Part shown: one piece after another, positions 52,075 to 64,000 of the stretch
Layout: each line of letters opens with the position of its first letter
How positions within the stretch are numbered: the stretch's first letter is position 1
Assembly (NCBI GenBank): GCA_013265495.1
Contig: MU058009.1
Coordinates: 2,993,780-3,057,779 of the forward strand
Source of the DNA: Vicugna vicugna
Taxonomy: Eukaryota
DNA: 64,000 nt
Direction: 5' to 3'
Notes under the pieces: model-generated
What the model saw: the letters and a program-made list of their open reading frames with translations, nothing else
The model's database searches: none
What the model was told of the DNA's origin: nothing
Program-made: the position numbers and the translations under genes

Positions 52075-55000
52075 AGATTAACTGTCAGATATGCTTGAAG
52101 AGCTAAAGAGCTAAACCATGAACAAAAACTAAATGAAAGCAGAAAAACAACATGAAACATGAGAATAAAGTGAGAATATAAAAAGGTGATACAAATTATA
52201 TAAAGGAACCAAACAGAAATTCTGGAGCTGACAATTACCAAAGCTTAAATGAAAAATTCATAGGGGGATAAAGAAAAAAACATATGGAAGATGGTGGGGT
52301 AGGAAGACCCTGAACTTACCTCTTCTCACAAAACTACAACCACATATAGAAAAACTCTCTGAAGACTAGCAGAACAGCTCTCTGACAACTAAGGATATAA
52401 AAGGAAAAACTACACTGGTAGAAGGGGAAGAGAAGTGACCTAGTTGGGAGCTGTACCCCTGGTGGGTGACCAGAGGAGGAGGTGGCATCGCAAGCCCGGG
52501 GATCCTCCTTAAGGAGTAAGGGGTTTGAGCCCCACATTGGGTGCCCCCACTCCAGGGTCTAGCTCTGGGAAGACAAGCCCCCTTGGCTGGTTTTGAAAAC
52601 CAGTAGGGCTTACCGGAGGGCTGTAGGAATCAATACTCCACTCTTAAATGCTCACACACAGACTTGCTTGCTCCCAGGAAAATGCAAATCAAAATCACAA
52701 TGAGATATCACCTCACACCAGTCAGAATGGATGTTGTCAAAAAGGCAAAGAAATAATAAGGGCTGAGGATGTGGGGAAAACGGAACCCTACTACACTGTT
52801 GATGGGAATGTAAATTGGTGTAGCCATATGGAAAACAGTATGGAGGTTCCTCAAAAAATTAAAAATAGAACTACTACATGATCTAGCAATTCTTCTGCGT
52901 ATTTATCTGAAGAAAACAAAAACACTAATTGGAAAAAATATGCACCACAATGTTCATAGCAGCATTATTCACAATAGCCAAGATATTAAAGCAACCGAAG
53001 TGCCCACTGACAGATGAATGGATAAAGAAGGTGTGATCAGCCATAAAAGGAAACACAGATTAGCCATAAAAAAGAATGAAATCTTATCATTTGTGAAAAC
53101 ATGGATGGACCCAGAGGAATTATGCCAAGTGAAATAAATCAGACAAAGACAAATGCTATTAATTTCACTTATATGTGGAATCTAAAAAACAAAACAAATG
53201 AACAAATATAACAAAACAGAAACAGACACAGATACAAAGAACAAATTAGTGGTTACCACATGGGAGAGAGGTGTGGTGGAGAAATAGGTGAAGAAGATTA
53301 AAATGTACAACCTACCAGTTATAAAATAAATAAATCACAGGGATGTAATGTATAGCACAGGAATATAGTCAGTATTTTATAATAACTTTGTATGGTGTGT
53401 AATCTATAAAAAAATGGAATCAATATGTTGTACTCCTGAAACTAGTATAATATTGTTAAGTCAACTATAATTCAATAAATTTTAAAAAAGAGAAAAAAAG
53501 ATAAAAATTCACTAGGGGGTTCAACAGAAGGTTTAAGCATGCAAAAGAACCTGTGCAGAAGGTAAGATAGTTAAAATCATCACATCTGAGGAACAGAAAG
53601 AAAAAGGAACGAAGAATAACGGGTTGTGGACACCATCAAGGAGACTGACATAGCTCTATGGGGATCCTAGAAGGAGAAGAGAAAGGAGCGGAAAGATTAT
53701 TTAAAGAAATAATGGATAAAAACACCTCAAAGTTAAGCAAAGACATAAATCTACAAATACAGGGAGCTCAGCTAACTCCAGGTAGGATAAACTCAGCAAC
53801 CTATACTGAAACGTATTATAATCAAGTTGTTGAAATTTCAGAAAAAAGAGAGAAACTTGAAAGCAGCAAGAGATAAACAACTTATGTACAAAGGATCCTT
53901 AATAAGGTTATTACCTAATTTCTCATCAGAAACTTTGAAGGCAGAATGAAGTGGGATGATATATTTAAAGTGCTGAAAGAAAACATTCTGCAATTAAAAA
54001 TTCTGTATCTGGCAAAAATGTTCTCCAGAAATGAGGTGGAAATTAAGATGTTCCTGGATAAGCAAAACCTAAGGGATTTTTTTTTATTATAACTAAAGTT
54101 GCTAAAGGGGGTTCTTCAGGTTGAAATGAAAGGACATGATAGCAGTTAGAAGCTGTATAAAGAAATAAATATCTCCTGTAAAGTTAAATACATGGAAAAA
54201 CATAAAAGCCAGTATTATTACAATTTTGATTTGTAACTCCACTTTTTATTTTCTACAACATTTGTAAAGCAAATATATAAAAAAGAATTAGAAATTTATG
54301 TTAGGGTAATGTATAAAGATGTAATTTGCGATGTAGCTAACACAAAGTGGGGAGCAGAGCTGTACAGGACTAGAGTTTTAGTATGCACTTGAAGTTAAGC
54401 TGATATCAATTCAAATTAGATTGTTACAACTTTAGGATATTATATGTAATCCCCATAGTACCCACAGAGAAAATATCTATAGAATATACACAAAAAGAAA
54501 CGAGAAAGGAATCAAAATGTGTCACTACAAAAAATCAACTAAACACAACAGAAAGCAATAATAGAGCAAATGAGGGACAGAAAACAAACGGAAAAAGGTC
54601 AGACGTAAGTTCTTTCTAATCAGTAATTGCTTTAAATGTAAATGGAGTAAACTCCCCCATTAAAAAGGCACAGAATGGATTAGAAAGTATGATTCACTAT
54701 AGGCTGTCTATGAGAGACTCACTTTATATCTAAAGACACAAATAGATTGAAAGCAAAAGAATGGAAAAAATATATTACATATAAAGAGTCATCAAGAGAG
54801 AGCTGGAATACTTACACTAATTTCAGAAAGAATAGACTTTAAATCAAAAAATCTTACAAGAGACAAAGAAGGACATTGCATATTAGTAGGTGCATCAATT
54901 TATCAAGAAACCTAACAATTATAAACATATATGCACCAAATATAAGATCCCAAAGTATATGAAGTAAACGTTGACAGAATTGAAGGGAGAAACAGACAGC

Positions 55001-58000
55001 TCTACAATAATAGAGACTTCAGTACCCCGCCTTCAACAATGGATGGAACAACCAGACAGAGATCAGTAAGGAAACAGAGAAAGTGAACAACATTGTAAGC
55101 CAGTCAGAACTAATAGACTTTTACAGAACACATCACTCAATAATAGCAGAACACACACTTTCTCAAGTACACATGGAGCATTCTCCAGGATAGATCACAT
55201 GTTAGGTCACAAAACAAGTCTTAATAATGTGAAAAAACTTAAATCTGACAAAGTATCTTTTCTCATCACAGTGGACTAAAGCTAAAAATGAACAAGAGGA
55301 AAGTTGGAAGATTTACAAACATGTAGAAATTAAACAACACACTTTTAAACATCAACAAGTCAAAACAGAAATCACAGGTAAATTAGAAAATACCTTGAAA
55401 CAAATGAAATAAAAACACAGTTTACCAAAACTTCTGGAATACTTCAAAGAGAGTGCTATGAGGGAAATAAATTATAGCTGTAAATGCATCCATTAAAAAA
55501 GGACTAAGATTGCAAATCAATAACTTAACTTTATGCCTTAACAAACCAGAAAAAGAGCTATCTAAACCTAAAGAAGGAAGCAATTGATAATTAGAATCCA
55601 GATAAATAAAACAGAGCCTAGCAAAACAATAGGAAAATTTAATGAAAACAAGAGTTGTTCCTTTGAAAAGATCAACAAAATTGACAAACTTTTAACTGGA
55701 CTGACTAAGAACAAAAGAAAGAAGACTCAAATTATTAAAATTAGGAATGACAGTGTGGCCATTACCACTAATTTTACAGGAATAAAAAATTAAGGGAAAA
55801 CTATGAATATTTGTATACCAACTAATTGGATAATCTAGATGAAATGGACAAATTCCAAGAAACACATAATCTACCAACACTGATTCATGAAGAAGTACGA
55901 AATATGACTACTAAGGAGAGATTGAATCAGTAATCAAAAGAAAAACACAGCATCAGATGGGTTCCCTGGTAAATTCTACCAAACATTTAAAGAAGAATGA
56001 TCATCAGTCCTTCTCAAACTCTTCCAAAACCCTGAAGAGGAGGGAACACTTTTTAACTCATTCTATGAGGCCAGTATTACCCTGATACCAGAGCCAGACA
56101 AAGACAATACAGTAAAAGAAAATTATAGACCAATATCTTTCATGAATATGCTGGAAAAATCCTCAACAAAATACAAGCAATCCAGATTCAGCAGCACATT
56201 AACAGAATTATACAGCAGAACCAAGTGAGTTTTATTCCTGAAGTGGAAGACTGTCTCAACACAAGATGATTAATCAACATAATATATCACATTAACAGAA
56301 TGAAGACATAAAACACATTATCACCTCAGCTGATGCAGAAAACTATTTGACAATACTCAGTACCATTTCATGATAAAAAAGCAATAAACTAAGAATAGAA
56401 GGAAACTTCCTCCAGGTGATAAAAGCCATCTATGAAAAACCAACAGCTAACATACTCCATGGTGTATGTAAAGATCAGGAACAAGACATGAATGCCGGCT
56501 TTCATCACTTCTATTCAACATAGTATTGGGACTTAAAGCAATTAGGCAAGAAAAACAAACAAAAGGCATCTGAATTAGAAAGTAAGACATAAAAGTATTT
56601 CTGTTTGCAGGTGATACGATTTTCTATATAGAAACCCTCAGATTCCACACACAAAAAACTGTTAGGACTAATAAACACATTAAACAAACAGCGGGGTGCA
56701 AAATCAACACACAAAAATCGGTTGCCTTTTTATACACTAACAATGAACTATTTGAAAAGGAAATTAAGAAAATAATTCCATTTACAATAGCATGTAAAGG
56801 ACATAAAATGCTTAGGAATAAATTTAATCAAGAAAGCAAAAGACTTGTAAACTTTAAAATTATATAAAACGTTGTTGAAAACAATTAAAGAGACATAAAT
56901 AGGTAAAGAGACAGCCTGTATTCATGGGCTGGAAGATATAATATCGTTCGGAAGACACTACTACCCAAAATGACCCATACATTTTTAGCAATTCCTATCA
57001 AAATCCCAATGACGTGTTTTGCAGAAGTAGAAAAACCCATCCTGAAATACATATGGACTCTCAAGGGACCCTGAGTAGCCGAAACAACCTTGAAAAAGAA
57101 CAACAGATTTGGAGGAACATTTAATGGGGAACGGACAGTCTTTTCATCAACTGGTGCTGGGAGAACTGGATATCTACAGGCAAAAGAGTGAAGTTGGACC
57201 CATACCTAACACCACATACAAAAATTAACTCAAAGTGGAAGAAACACTTAGACATAAAACGTGAAACTATAAAGCTATAAAATATAGGGGGAAAATTTCA
57301 TGACATTGAATTTGACAATGATTTTTTTTGATATAACAGTAAAAGCACAGATAACAAAAGAAAAATAGATAACTTGGATTTCATAAATATTAACTTTTGG
57401 GCATCAAGGGACACTATCAAGAGAGTGAAAAAGTAACCCACAGAATGGAAGAAAATGTTTGCAAATTGTGTATTTGATAAGTGATTAATCTCTAGACTAT
57501 ATATAAAGAGCTCCTGCAACTCAACAACAACAGCAAACGCCCAGTTCAAAAATGAGCAAAGGACCTGAAGAGATATTTCTCCAAAGAAGATATACAAAAG
57601 GTCAATAAGCACATGAAAAGATGCTCAACGTCACTAGCCATTAAGAAGAAGCAAATCAAAACCACCATTAGATTCCACTCCACATTCCTTAGGATGACTA
57701 TTGCAAAAAGACAAAAAAGGATAATACAAGCGTTGCTGAGGATCTGGAAAAATTCCAGCTCTCGTGCATTGCTGGTGGGAATGTAACATGTTCCAGCTGT
57801 TGTGGAAAACCATTTTGTGGTTTCTCAAAAAGTTCGATGTAGAATTATCGTATGATTTAGCAACTCCACTTCTAGGTACCCAAAATTATTGAAAGCAGGG
57901 ACCCAAACAGATACTTGTACACCAATTTTCAATAAAACTTTATCACAAAATCAAAAGGTGGCAACAACATAAATGTTTATAACTGATAAATGTGCCACAC

Positions 58001-58326
58001 ATACACACAATGGAATATCATTCAGCCTTAAAGAGGAATGGAATTTTGGTACATGCTACCACAGGGTTGAACCTTGAAAACATGCTAGGTGAAGTAAGCT
58101 AGACACCAAAGGACAAACATTGTTATAATTCCACTTATATGAGTATTTAGAATAGGCAAATTGAGGGAGACAGAATGTAGAGTATAGTAGTTTTTGTTTG
58201 GGATGATGAAAAATTCTGGAAATAGTGGAGATGGTTGCACAACACCGTGAATATACTTAATCGTCTGAATTGTACATTTAAAAATAATTTAAGTTTTATG
58301 TTATGTTTATTTTACCACAAAAAAAA
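52075..58326 (+). mobile_element. Long old L1 (L1MB-like): ORF1, ORF2 and 3'UTR, inactivated and split by a younger L1 derivative
   Basis: ORF1 pieces (GILEGEEKGAERLFKEIM); EN start ttaaatgtaaatgg ~54630; FEKINKIDKLL; degenerate FADD ~56605; 3' end ...gttgcacaacaccgtgaatatacttaat...ttttaccacaaaaaaaa. Confidence 0.95.
52268..53502 (+). mobile_element. Internally deleted L1 (5'UTR fused to ORF2 C-terminus plus 3'UTR), TSD-flanked
   Basis: 5'UTR-like start ggaagatggtggggtaggaagaccctg; junction ~52677 to aaatgcaaatcaaa; A-rich tail; TSD aaaaattca(c)taggggg at 52252-52267 and 53503-53519. Confidence 0.85.
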
Positions 58327-58589
58327 TCTCAGAGAAAGATTTGCTGCCACTTAAAAGACTGTGATAATGTTCTAGTACGAGTAGATACATTTTAACTCGT
58401 GTATTCCCAGAAATAATGGATTCTGCTAAATCATCCATCTTCTTTCACCTGCTTCTGCTTTATAACCAGCGATGTCCGAGGTCGTTGCAAGATGGCCAGC
58501 TGAGCTTTGTGCTCCATATGGGAGAGCGTTTTCTTATCCTCTCCACCCCTCACTTGTCATATACACGAGTCTGACATATTAATATTCAC

Positions 58590-58812
58590 TTAAAAAATTG
58601 AGATATAATTGGCATGTAACATTATATTAGTTTCAGATGTACAACATACTGATTCAATAAATGTATGTATTGTGAAATGATCACCACCATAAGTCTGGTT
58701 AACAGCCATCACCACACATAGTTACAATTTTTTTTTTCTGGTGATGAGAACTTTTAAGATATACTCTCTTAGCAACTTGCAAATATACAGTACACTATTA
58801 TTAACTGTAGTC
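58590..58812 (-). mobile_element. L1 (L1MA-like) 3' tail
   Basis: aattgagatataattggcatgtaacattatattagtttcag...gatgagaacttttaagatatactctcttagcaacttgcaaatatacag. Confidence 0.85.
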
Positions 58813-58816
58813 GCTT

Positions 58817-58994
58817 GGGGGGAGGGTAGAGCTTCGTGGTAGAGCACATGCTTAACATGCATAAAGTCCTGTGTTCAATCCCCAGTGCCTCCATTAAACA
58901 ATAAATTAAAAAATAAATAAACCTAATTACGTCCCCCCAAATAAATAAATAAAAGAGTAAAACCTATCAAAAATAAAACTCTTATTAGGAAAAA
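58817..58994 (+). mobile_element. Camelid tRNA-derived SINE (Vic-1-like, long tail)
   Basis: ggggagggtagagcttcgtggtagagcacatgcttaac...gttcaatccccagtgcctcc...aaacctaattac; TSD aactgtagtc at 58803-58812 and 58995-59004. Confidence 0.9.
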
Positions 58995-59526
58995 AACTGT
59001 AGTCATTTAAAAACTTGTGTGTGTATTTTGGTTTTAGAAATTGGATGTGGACAAAGTGAATATATTGATGGTGGTAGTGATTTTTCAATTTTCCTTCCTG
59101 AAAAAGTCCTTAAATTGATGGTTTATTTTATAATCAATGGTGGATGTAAGCAGGGGAAATATCATGGTGACCCTACACTTTAAATGGTGTGTGAAGACCA
59201 TAAGGGAGTAATCAGTCAAAAGGGAGTTAAGCAGGAAAACGTCAGTGAGGGAGACTTCTTGGTGCTCGCTGCCTCCTGAGGCTGGCGAGAAAGCGGCAAC
59301 ACAGATTGGAAGAAGGGAGGAAGGTTTACACTTTAAGTAAAGAGAACGGACTAGGTAGAGACGTACCAAGAAGTCAGTATGTCAGCTTCCATTCTAGGAC
59401 CTATGAAGTCCTTATAACCTACAAAGATTATAAATATATATAAATGTATTCATCCATCACCTCATGGCAAGCCTGTGAGGGGGAGACGATGATGATGATG
59501 ATGATTGTGGTTTATGAAAGCCTTCT

Positions 59527-59712
59527 TTTAAAAAATTTTTTTTATTCAAGTATAGGTTAGTTTATAATGTATTAGTTTCTGGTGTACAGCAAAGTGGTTC
59601 AGTTATATGTACATGTACATATATAGGTACTTTTTTTCAGATTCTTTTCCATTATGGATTATTACAAGATACTGAATAGAGTTCCCTGTGCTGCACAGCA
59701 GGACCTTGCTAT
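59527..59712 (-). mobile_element. L1 3' tail inserted into a MIR (MIR continues to ~59830)
   Basis: tttattcaagtatagg...tttctggtgtacagcaaagtggttcagttata...gttccctgtgctgcacagcaggaccttg; followed by MIR-like cacttcacaagtgaggaa...agggtcacacagctgg. Confidence 0.8.
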
Positions 59713-60771
59713 GTAGGTGGATGTTATGATTACCCACACTTCACAAGTGAGGAAGTTCAGAAACAACGCAAGTCATCCCTGCAGGGTCACACAGCTGGTC
59801 ACTAGCAGAGCTGTGGTTTGAGCCCTCTCACCACCCACAGCTTTGCCTGCTCTTGCTTCTGGTAAGAGAGGAGTCCCTTAAAAAAGACAAGGAAAAGGAA
59901 AAAAGTATTTCCTGAACATTTAAAATGATCAGCAAGTGAATTTATAATGTTTGAACCCATCACATGGCTGGATATTAGCCAAGGAGAACGTGAGGAAGGA
60001 ACCTCCTGTGCCCACGAGGAGGCTCGTTCCCATGGCTGTGCTTTGATTGCTGGGTGCTGGACTCACGGTTGGACGCAGACTGATAGTGGGTGAAGGGGCC
60101 TCCCTCTGCGTGGGGAAGGGTCTCTCCAGATGGAGTGAATCAGTGTCCTGAGTGTGTCTTGGATAGGTTCTAGGTAGTCACAGCTAAATTATTAGATGCT
60201 TGCTTTCATGACTTCCATTTTCAAATAAGAAATTGAGCGTTAGAAAAAACAGAATAACTCTCCCACAGCTGGGACCCCAGTACGGGCTTGTCTGGTTTGA
60301 CCCCCTGAGCGCTGAAGTGAAGAGTTAGGGAAGTCTGCGTCTGTAGCCAGACACATTTCTGGAGCTCTTCTCTAAAAAGCTTGGCAAGTTTTCTGTTGTG
60401 TTTTAATAAGGGAAGCATTCTCTTGTTCTTTTATGTGCTGATTAATGCTTTAGAGCCAATCCAAAGGGCGGCCGCCAGGGATGTAGGACTTCCTGTGTTA
60501 CCCGCAAGCTTGATATGTATATCTTTTATGTCTTCATGTAATTGGCTGATAGAAATGTTGAATAAGAGATGACCAGAACTGGGCGGCCGTTCAGAATAAT
60601 CTCAAAAGACTGACATTACGGGCCAAAATCAGTAAGATGAAATTCAACTGGGTGAAATGTCAAGTCCTGATTTGAGGTTAAAAAAATGTATAGAAGTATG
60701 AGGTGGTACAGAACTCGTTTGAAAAAGTCTTGCAATTTGGTTGACGGCACTTAGAATAAGACTGCGTTGTC

Positions 60772-60870
60772 AGGGGAGGGTGTAGCTCAGTGGCAGAGTG
60801 CATGCTTAGCATGCACGAGGTCCTGGGTTCAGTCCCCAGTACTTCCTTTAAAAACAAAGCAAAACAAAAC
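60772..60870 (+). mobile_element. Camelid tRNA-derived SINE (Vic-1-like)
   Basis: ggggagggtgtagctcagtggcagagtgcatgcttagcatgcacgaggtcctgggttcagtccccagtacttcc plus A-rich tail. Confidence 0.92.
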
Positions 60871-61088
60871 AAGACCACATTGCGAAACAATGAATCAAAT
60901 AGGGTGGATTCTTCAGTTGAATTAAAAGCAGGATTAGTATCCAGAGCAGTGACCATTGTCCGTGGGCTGGCCACCTGTTTAGGTCCACCTAAAAGATCTT
61001 ATCAATCCTACATGAAGAAGGACACTGACAACCACTGTAGTCAAAGGGTGTGGGATGGTAAGTGTTGAGAAAGCCATGACCAATAAGA

Positions 61089-61120
61089 GATAACTCAGGA
61101 AACCTGATAACTCAGGAAAC
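61089..61120. repeat. Short direct duplication (15-bp unit, period 17)
   Basis: gataactcaggaaac at 61089 and 61106. Confidence 0.85.
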
Positions 61121-62189
61121 TTGAGGCAGAGAAGGGCCTTGATTAGAGAAGCCTTTGAGGACAGCTAAGCCACCCCCCCGCCCCCTGCGCGCTCACTAGG
61201 AGTTCTGAGTACCTCCTGTTACAGGCTTAGGTTGTGGCGATTCCTGGGGTGAGGAAGGGAGAGAAGCTGTCTCCATCCATCCGCCCTATTCTAGGCAAAC
61301 GTGTCGTGCTGCATTTCAGCTCTGCTGTGCGTGCCCCTGTTGTCTCGGGACACTCAGTGAGGCGCTCACATCCTAGAATTATAGTGGAAAGTGGGGCGCA
61401 ACCTGAAGGCCAGACCTGAGTAGGCACCGACTTCCTCTGGGAGTTAGCCCGTGGGCCAGCCTGTCTGGCTGCTTCTGACTCTCCACACGAAGGCTCTTTG
61501 TAGACCTCTGTGAGCTGAGCTGACTACACGTAGCTCCTGCTACTTAAAGAGAGCTTTCAGGGTTGAAGAGTTTCTCTTCTCTTTCTGCAAAGTCTGTTGT
61601 CCAGCTGAAAACTCAAGGAAGCCATCTTTAATACTCCTTGCAGGGTAATAGCGCCTTTGTTGTCGTAGGTATGATTGATTCTCTGACACGATTCTGTAAG
61701 TGGGCAGCTTAATAAAAGCACCATAATTTGCTGGAACTGAAAAAATACTTCGGTTTGGATATTATTCCTAAATAATAAAGGAGGCAGGCAGCGTGTGGTC
61801 GGGAAAGAGAGTGGCCTTTGGGAAACACTAGGGTTTAGACTAAAGTATTGCCACTGAATCACATCTTAGCATTTTAAATAAACTGACCGATGAATGGGTA
61901 AGAGGTAAACTTTTTCTAGAGCTGATACTTTTGTTGCAAGGGTCATTGTGCAAAGGATTTCAGTCCAAGACGAGTTTATAAAGTAGAAGGAGGGGCACGT
62001 GGAGCTATGAGGGCGTTGGGTGGAAAGACTGTGGCTCGGAAGCTCAAGATGAGCGAGTTAAGTTCCGGGAGAAGCTGGGAGTTAGCCATCTCGGGGACCT
62101 GTGTGTGCTGTCGAGCGGGCTGCTGGGCGTGCTGCTGCTGCTTCCATTTTTGTGCTTATTAATAAACGGCCAACATTTCCGTGGTGAAG

Positions 62190-62640
62190 ATTCATTTATG
62201 ACAGTGAAGTATTCGAGGCCTAGTATTCAGTCTCATGGATACATTGCAGCTGAATACATTTCCCACATTAGATATTTAAGTTTCCTACTTTTTATTAGGA
62301 ATCATGCTGCAATGAGTATTTTTGCACATATGTCTCTGATAATTTGCTAAGGACGTAATTTCTACACGTGGAGCGCTGTGCCGGAGGCTGTGCTGACTGT
62401 CGGACTGCGCCCAGGGGATGCTCGGCCGGGCTCCCTGCTGCTGCTGCCGCCGCCGCCGGACGGGCTACCTGGCTCCGCCTGCTCCCCGGCTCTGGGGCTT
62501 CTCTGCCTTTTCAGTCTTGACAGATTTTTAATTATTAAAAGAAAAAAAAGGGCTCTCACTGAAGTTTTAGCTTTGATGTCTTTGGCCATCGAGGCTGAGC
62601 TTTGAAAGAGATTTCTGTGTGTGCAGGTTTCCTCTGCCCG
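62190..62640 (-). mobile_element. Ancient L1 (L1ME-like) fragment with a GC-rich interior
   Basis: tagatatttaagtttcctactttt...atgctgcaatgagtatttttgcacatatgtct...ctcactgaagttttagctttg. Confidence 0.5.
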
Positions 62641-63429
62641 TTGTCCGTGAGTCACTGTGTGGTTTTCACACGGCCTCGACACTCTTCTCTCATTAGTTCT
62701 TTGAGCGCAGAGGCTCTGCTGGCCCAATCTGTTACTTAGCACGAAGTCGCTCCCAAGAAGAGGGTATTTTTAAGTGACTGGTTTCCAGGGCTTCACTAAT
62801 GATGGGGCCTGGCTGAGGGGGGCAGACGAGGTTTCCCCGGTCTTGCTGTCGGAGACGATCACCGTGATCAGAGAACCGAGATCTTCCTTCCAAATCACGT
62901 GACTTGGTCACACGTGCAGTATTCACTTCCGCTACTGCACAGCCCCATGCACCTCGTCTTAAAGATCCTTTAAATACAGGGAAGAACTGAGCTCAGTGGT
63001 CTCACATGTCTCTTCAATATTATCTTCCCCTTTAAACCTCCAGCTCCCAAGAGGTCATAAGGAAGCCTCCAACTCTGAACCTCCTTGGGGAGCCAGGGAG
63101 AAGGCAGTGGACAAACACTGAATAGCTGGGCAAGGTTCCAAGCTAAGGACCCTGACATCTGCAGGGCCTGTGAATAATCAATCTTCAATGTCTGCAAGGG
63201 AAGAAGGAGGGTGGCTGACAGGACCTAAAAGCACACCGTATATGGAGTGATTTAAGGGTGTGTTTGTCCAATGAAATAAATAATTTCAGGAGTGAGAAAA
63301 CATAAAATCTGTGCTCAATTGCACTTGAATTATAAAAGCTATAAAAACACAAACTTTTATAACTCAGATTGGATATGACATAAAGGAGCATGATTTACTT
63401 TGCACGAGCTGCTGTTGCTTCTAAGTTTG

Positions 63430-63570
63430 TGGATTGATTGATTGATTCATTCTTTATTCATTTAGTATCTTTTAAATTCCTAATGGGAGCCAGATGCTGT
63501 GGTACGTGATGAAAACTCAGAGGAGAGGAGGACAGCCGTCGTCCCTGCCCTTGTGGAGCTGAGACAGTCA
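63430..63570 (-). mobile_element. L2 3' terminal fragment
   Basis: attgattcattctttattcattt...gccagatgctgtg...gtccctgcccttgtggagctg. Confidence 0.7.
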
Positions 63571-64000
63571 GGACTGTCGTGCGTTGGGATCAGGAGTCAG
63601 CTGTGCTCTGGGGGGCCGTACGCTGTTGTGTGGAACATGCTGACTCTGCTTGAGTGGCTCTGTTCATCATAACAGGGGGAGCAGAGGGGTTGGAAGGATT
63701 TGTGAGAAGCACTGTGCTGATGACAGTGCTGGTAGTAGTCACAGGAAGAGCAGACAAAACCTTTTGGGTAAAGGGAAAGTGTAAGCAGACACTGGGTTTG
63801 CTCAGTGATGTTTACATTATTTTAAAACTATCCACTTAAAGCTATAAAGAACCTCTATTGTCAAAATGTCTTCATGAAACAAATGGAAAGAACCACTTTG
63901 TTATCTTGAGTCTAAATCTCTCTCGCTTTAATTTCCCCTTCTTACTGAGTGATGGCTACTCTTAGGCCTTATTACAGAAGGCGAGTTTTCCCGGAACGCT

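Larger units (their letters stand above)
60605..61130 (+). mobile_element. CR1/L3 LINE fragment interrupted by a SINE
   Basis: gggccaaaatcagtaagatgaaattcaac...aaatgtcaagtcctg...tgaaaaagtcttg...gttgac resembles the CR1 RT C-terminal region. Confidence 0.65.

Noticed and set aside
54600..58140. Active L1 reverse transcriptase gene
   Set aside because: Numerous stops, frameshifts and deletions, and the FADD motif is mutated; non-functional.
60772..60850. tRNA-like sequence (also at 24.6, 31.6, 34.4 and 58.8 kb)
   Set aside because: A-rich tails and TSDs show these are tRNA-derived SINE copies, not tRNA genes.

Overview
This is non-coding mammalian genomic DNA, most likely camelid (camel/alpaca/llama), judged from five tRNA-derived SINE copies resembling the Vic-1 family. 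I cannot support any cellular protein-coding gene, RNA gene or CRISPR array here, and I cannot name the locus. The only recognisable protein fragments in the ORF track come from decayed LINE-1 ORF1/ORF2. Most identifiable sequence is transposon remnants: L1 of several ages, L2, CR1/L3, MIR, MLT2 solo LTRs, MER8, MER20 and MER58A. Unique sequence between them includes CpG-rich patches (~12.2, 33.3-33.9 and 62.1-62.9 kb) and AT-rich blocks with homeobox-type motifs, as expected of a large intron or intergenic regulatory region. I do not see a convincing new multi-gene system. The best leads are: (1) a 43-bp non-transposon inverted repeat next to Z-DNA and G-quadruplex motifs; (2) a TSD-flanked ~1.2-kb mini-L1 with its 5'UTR fused directly to the ORF2 C-terminus; (3) a CpG island apparently built on a MIR; (4) a triple-nested insertion with all TSDs intact; (5) a near-perfect 451-bp tandem duplication that may be an assembly artefact. 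Repeat family names were assigned by eye from remembered consensus sequences, and boundaries without TSDs are approximate.
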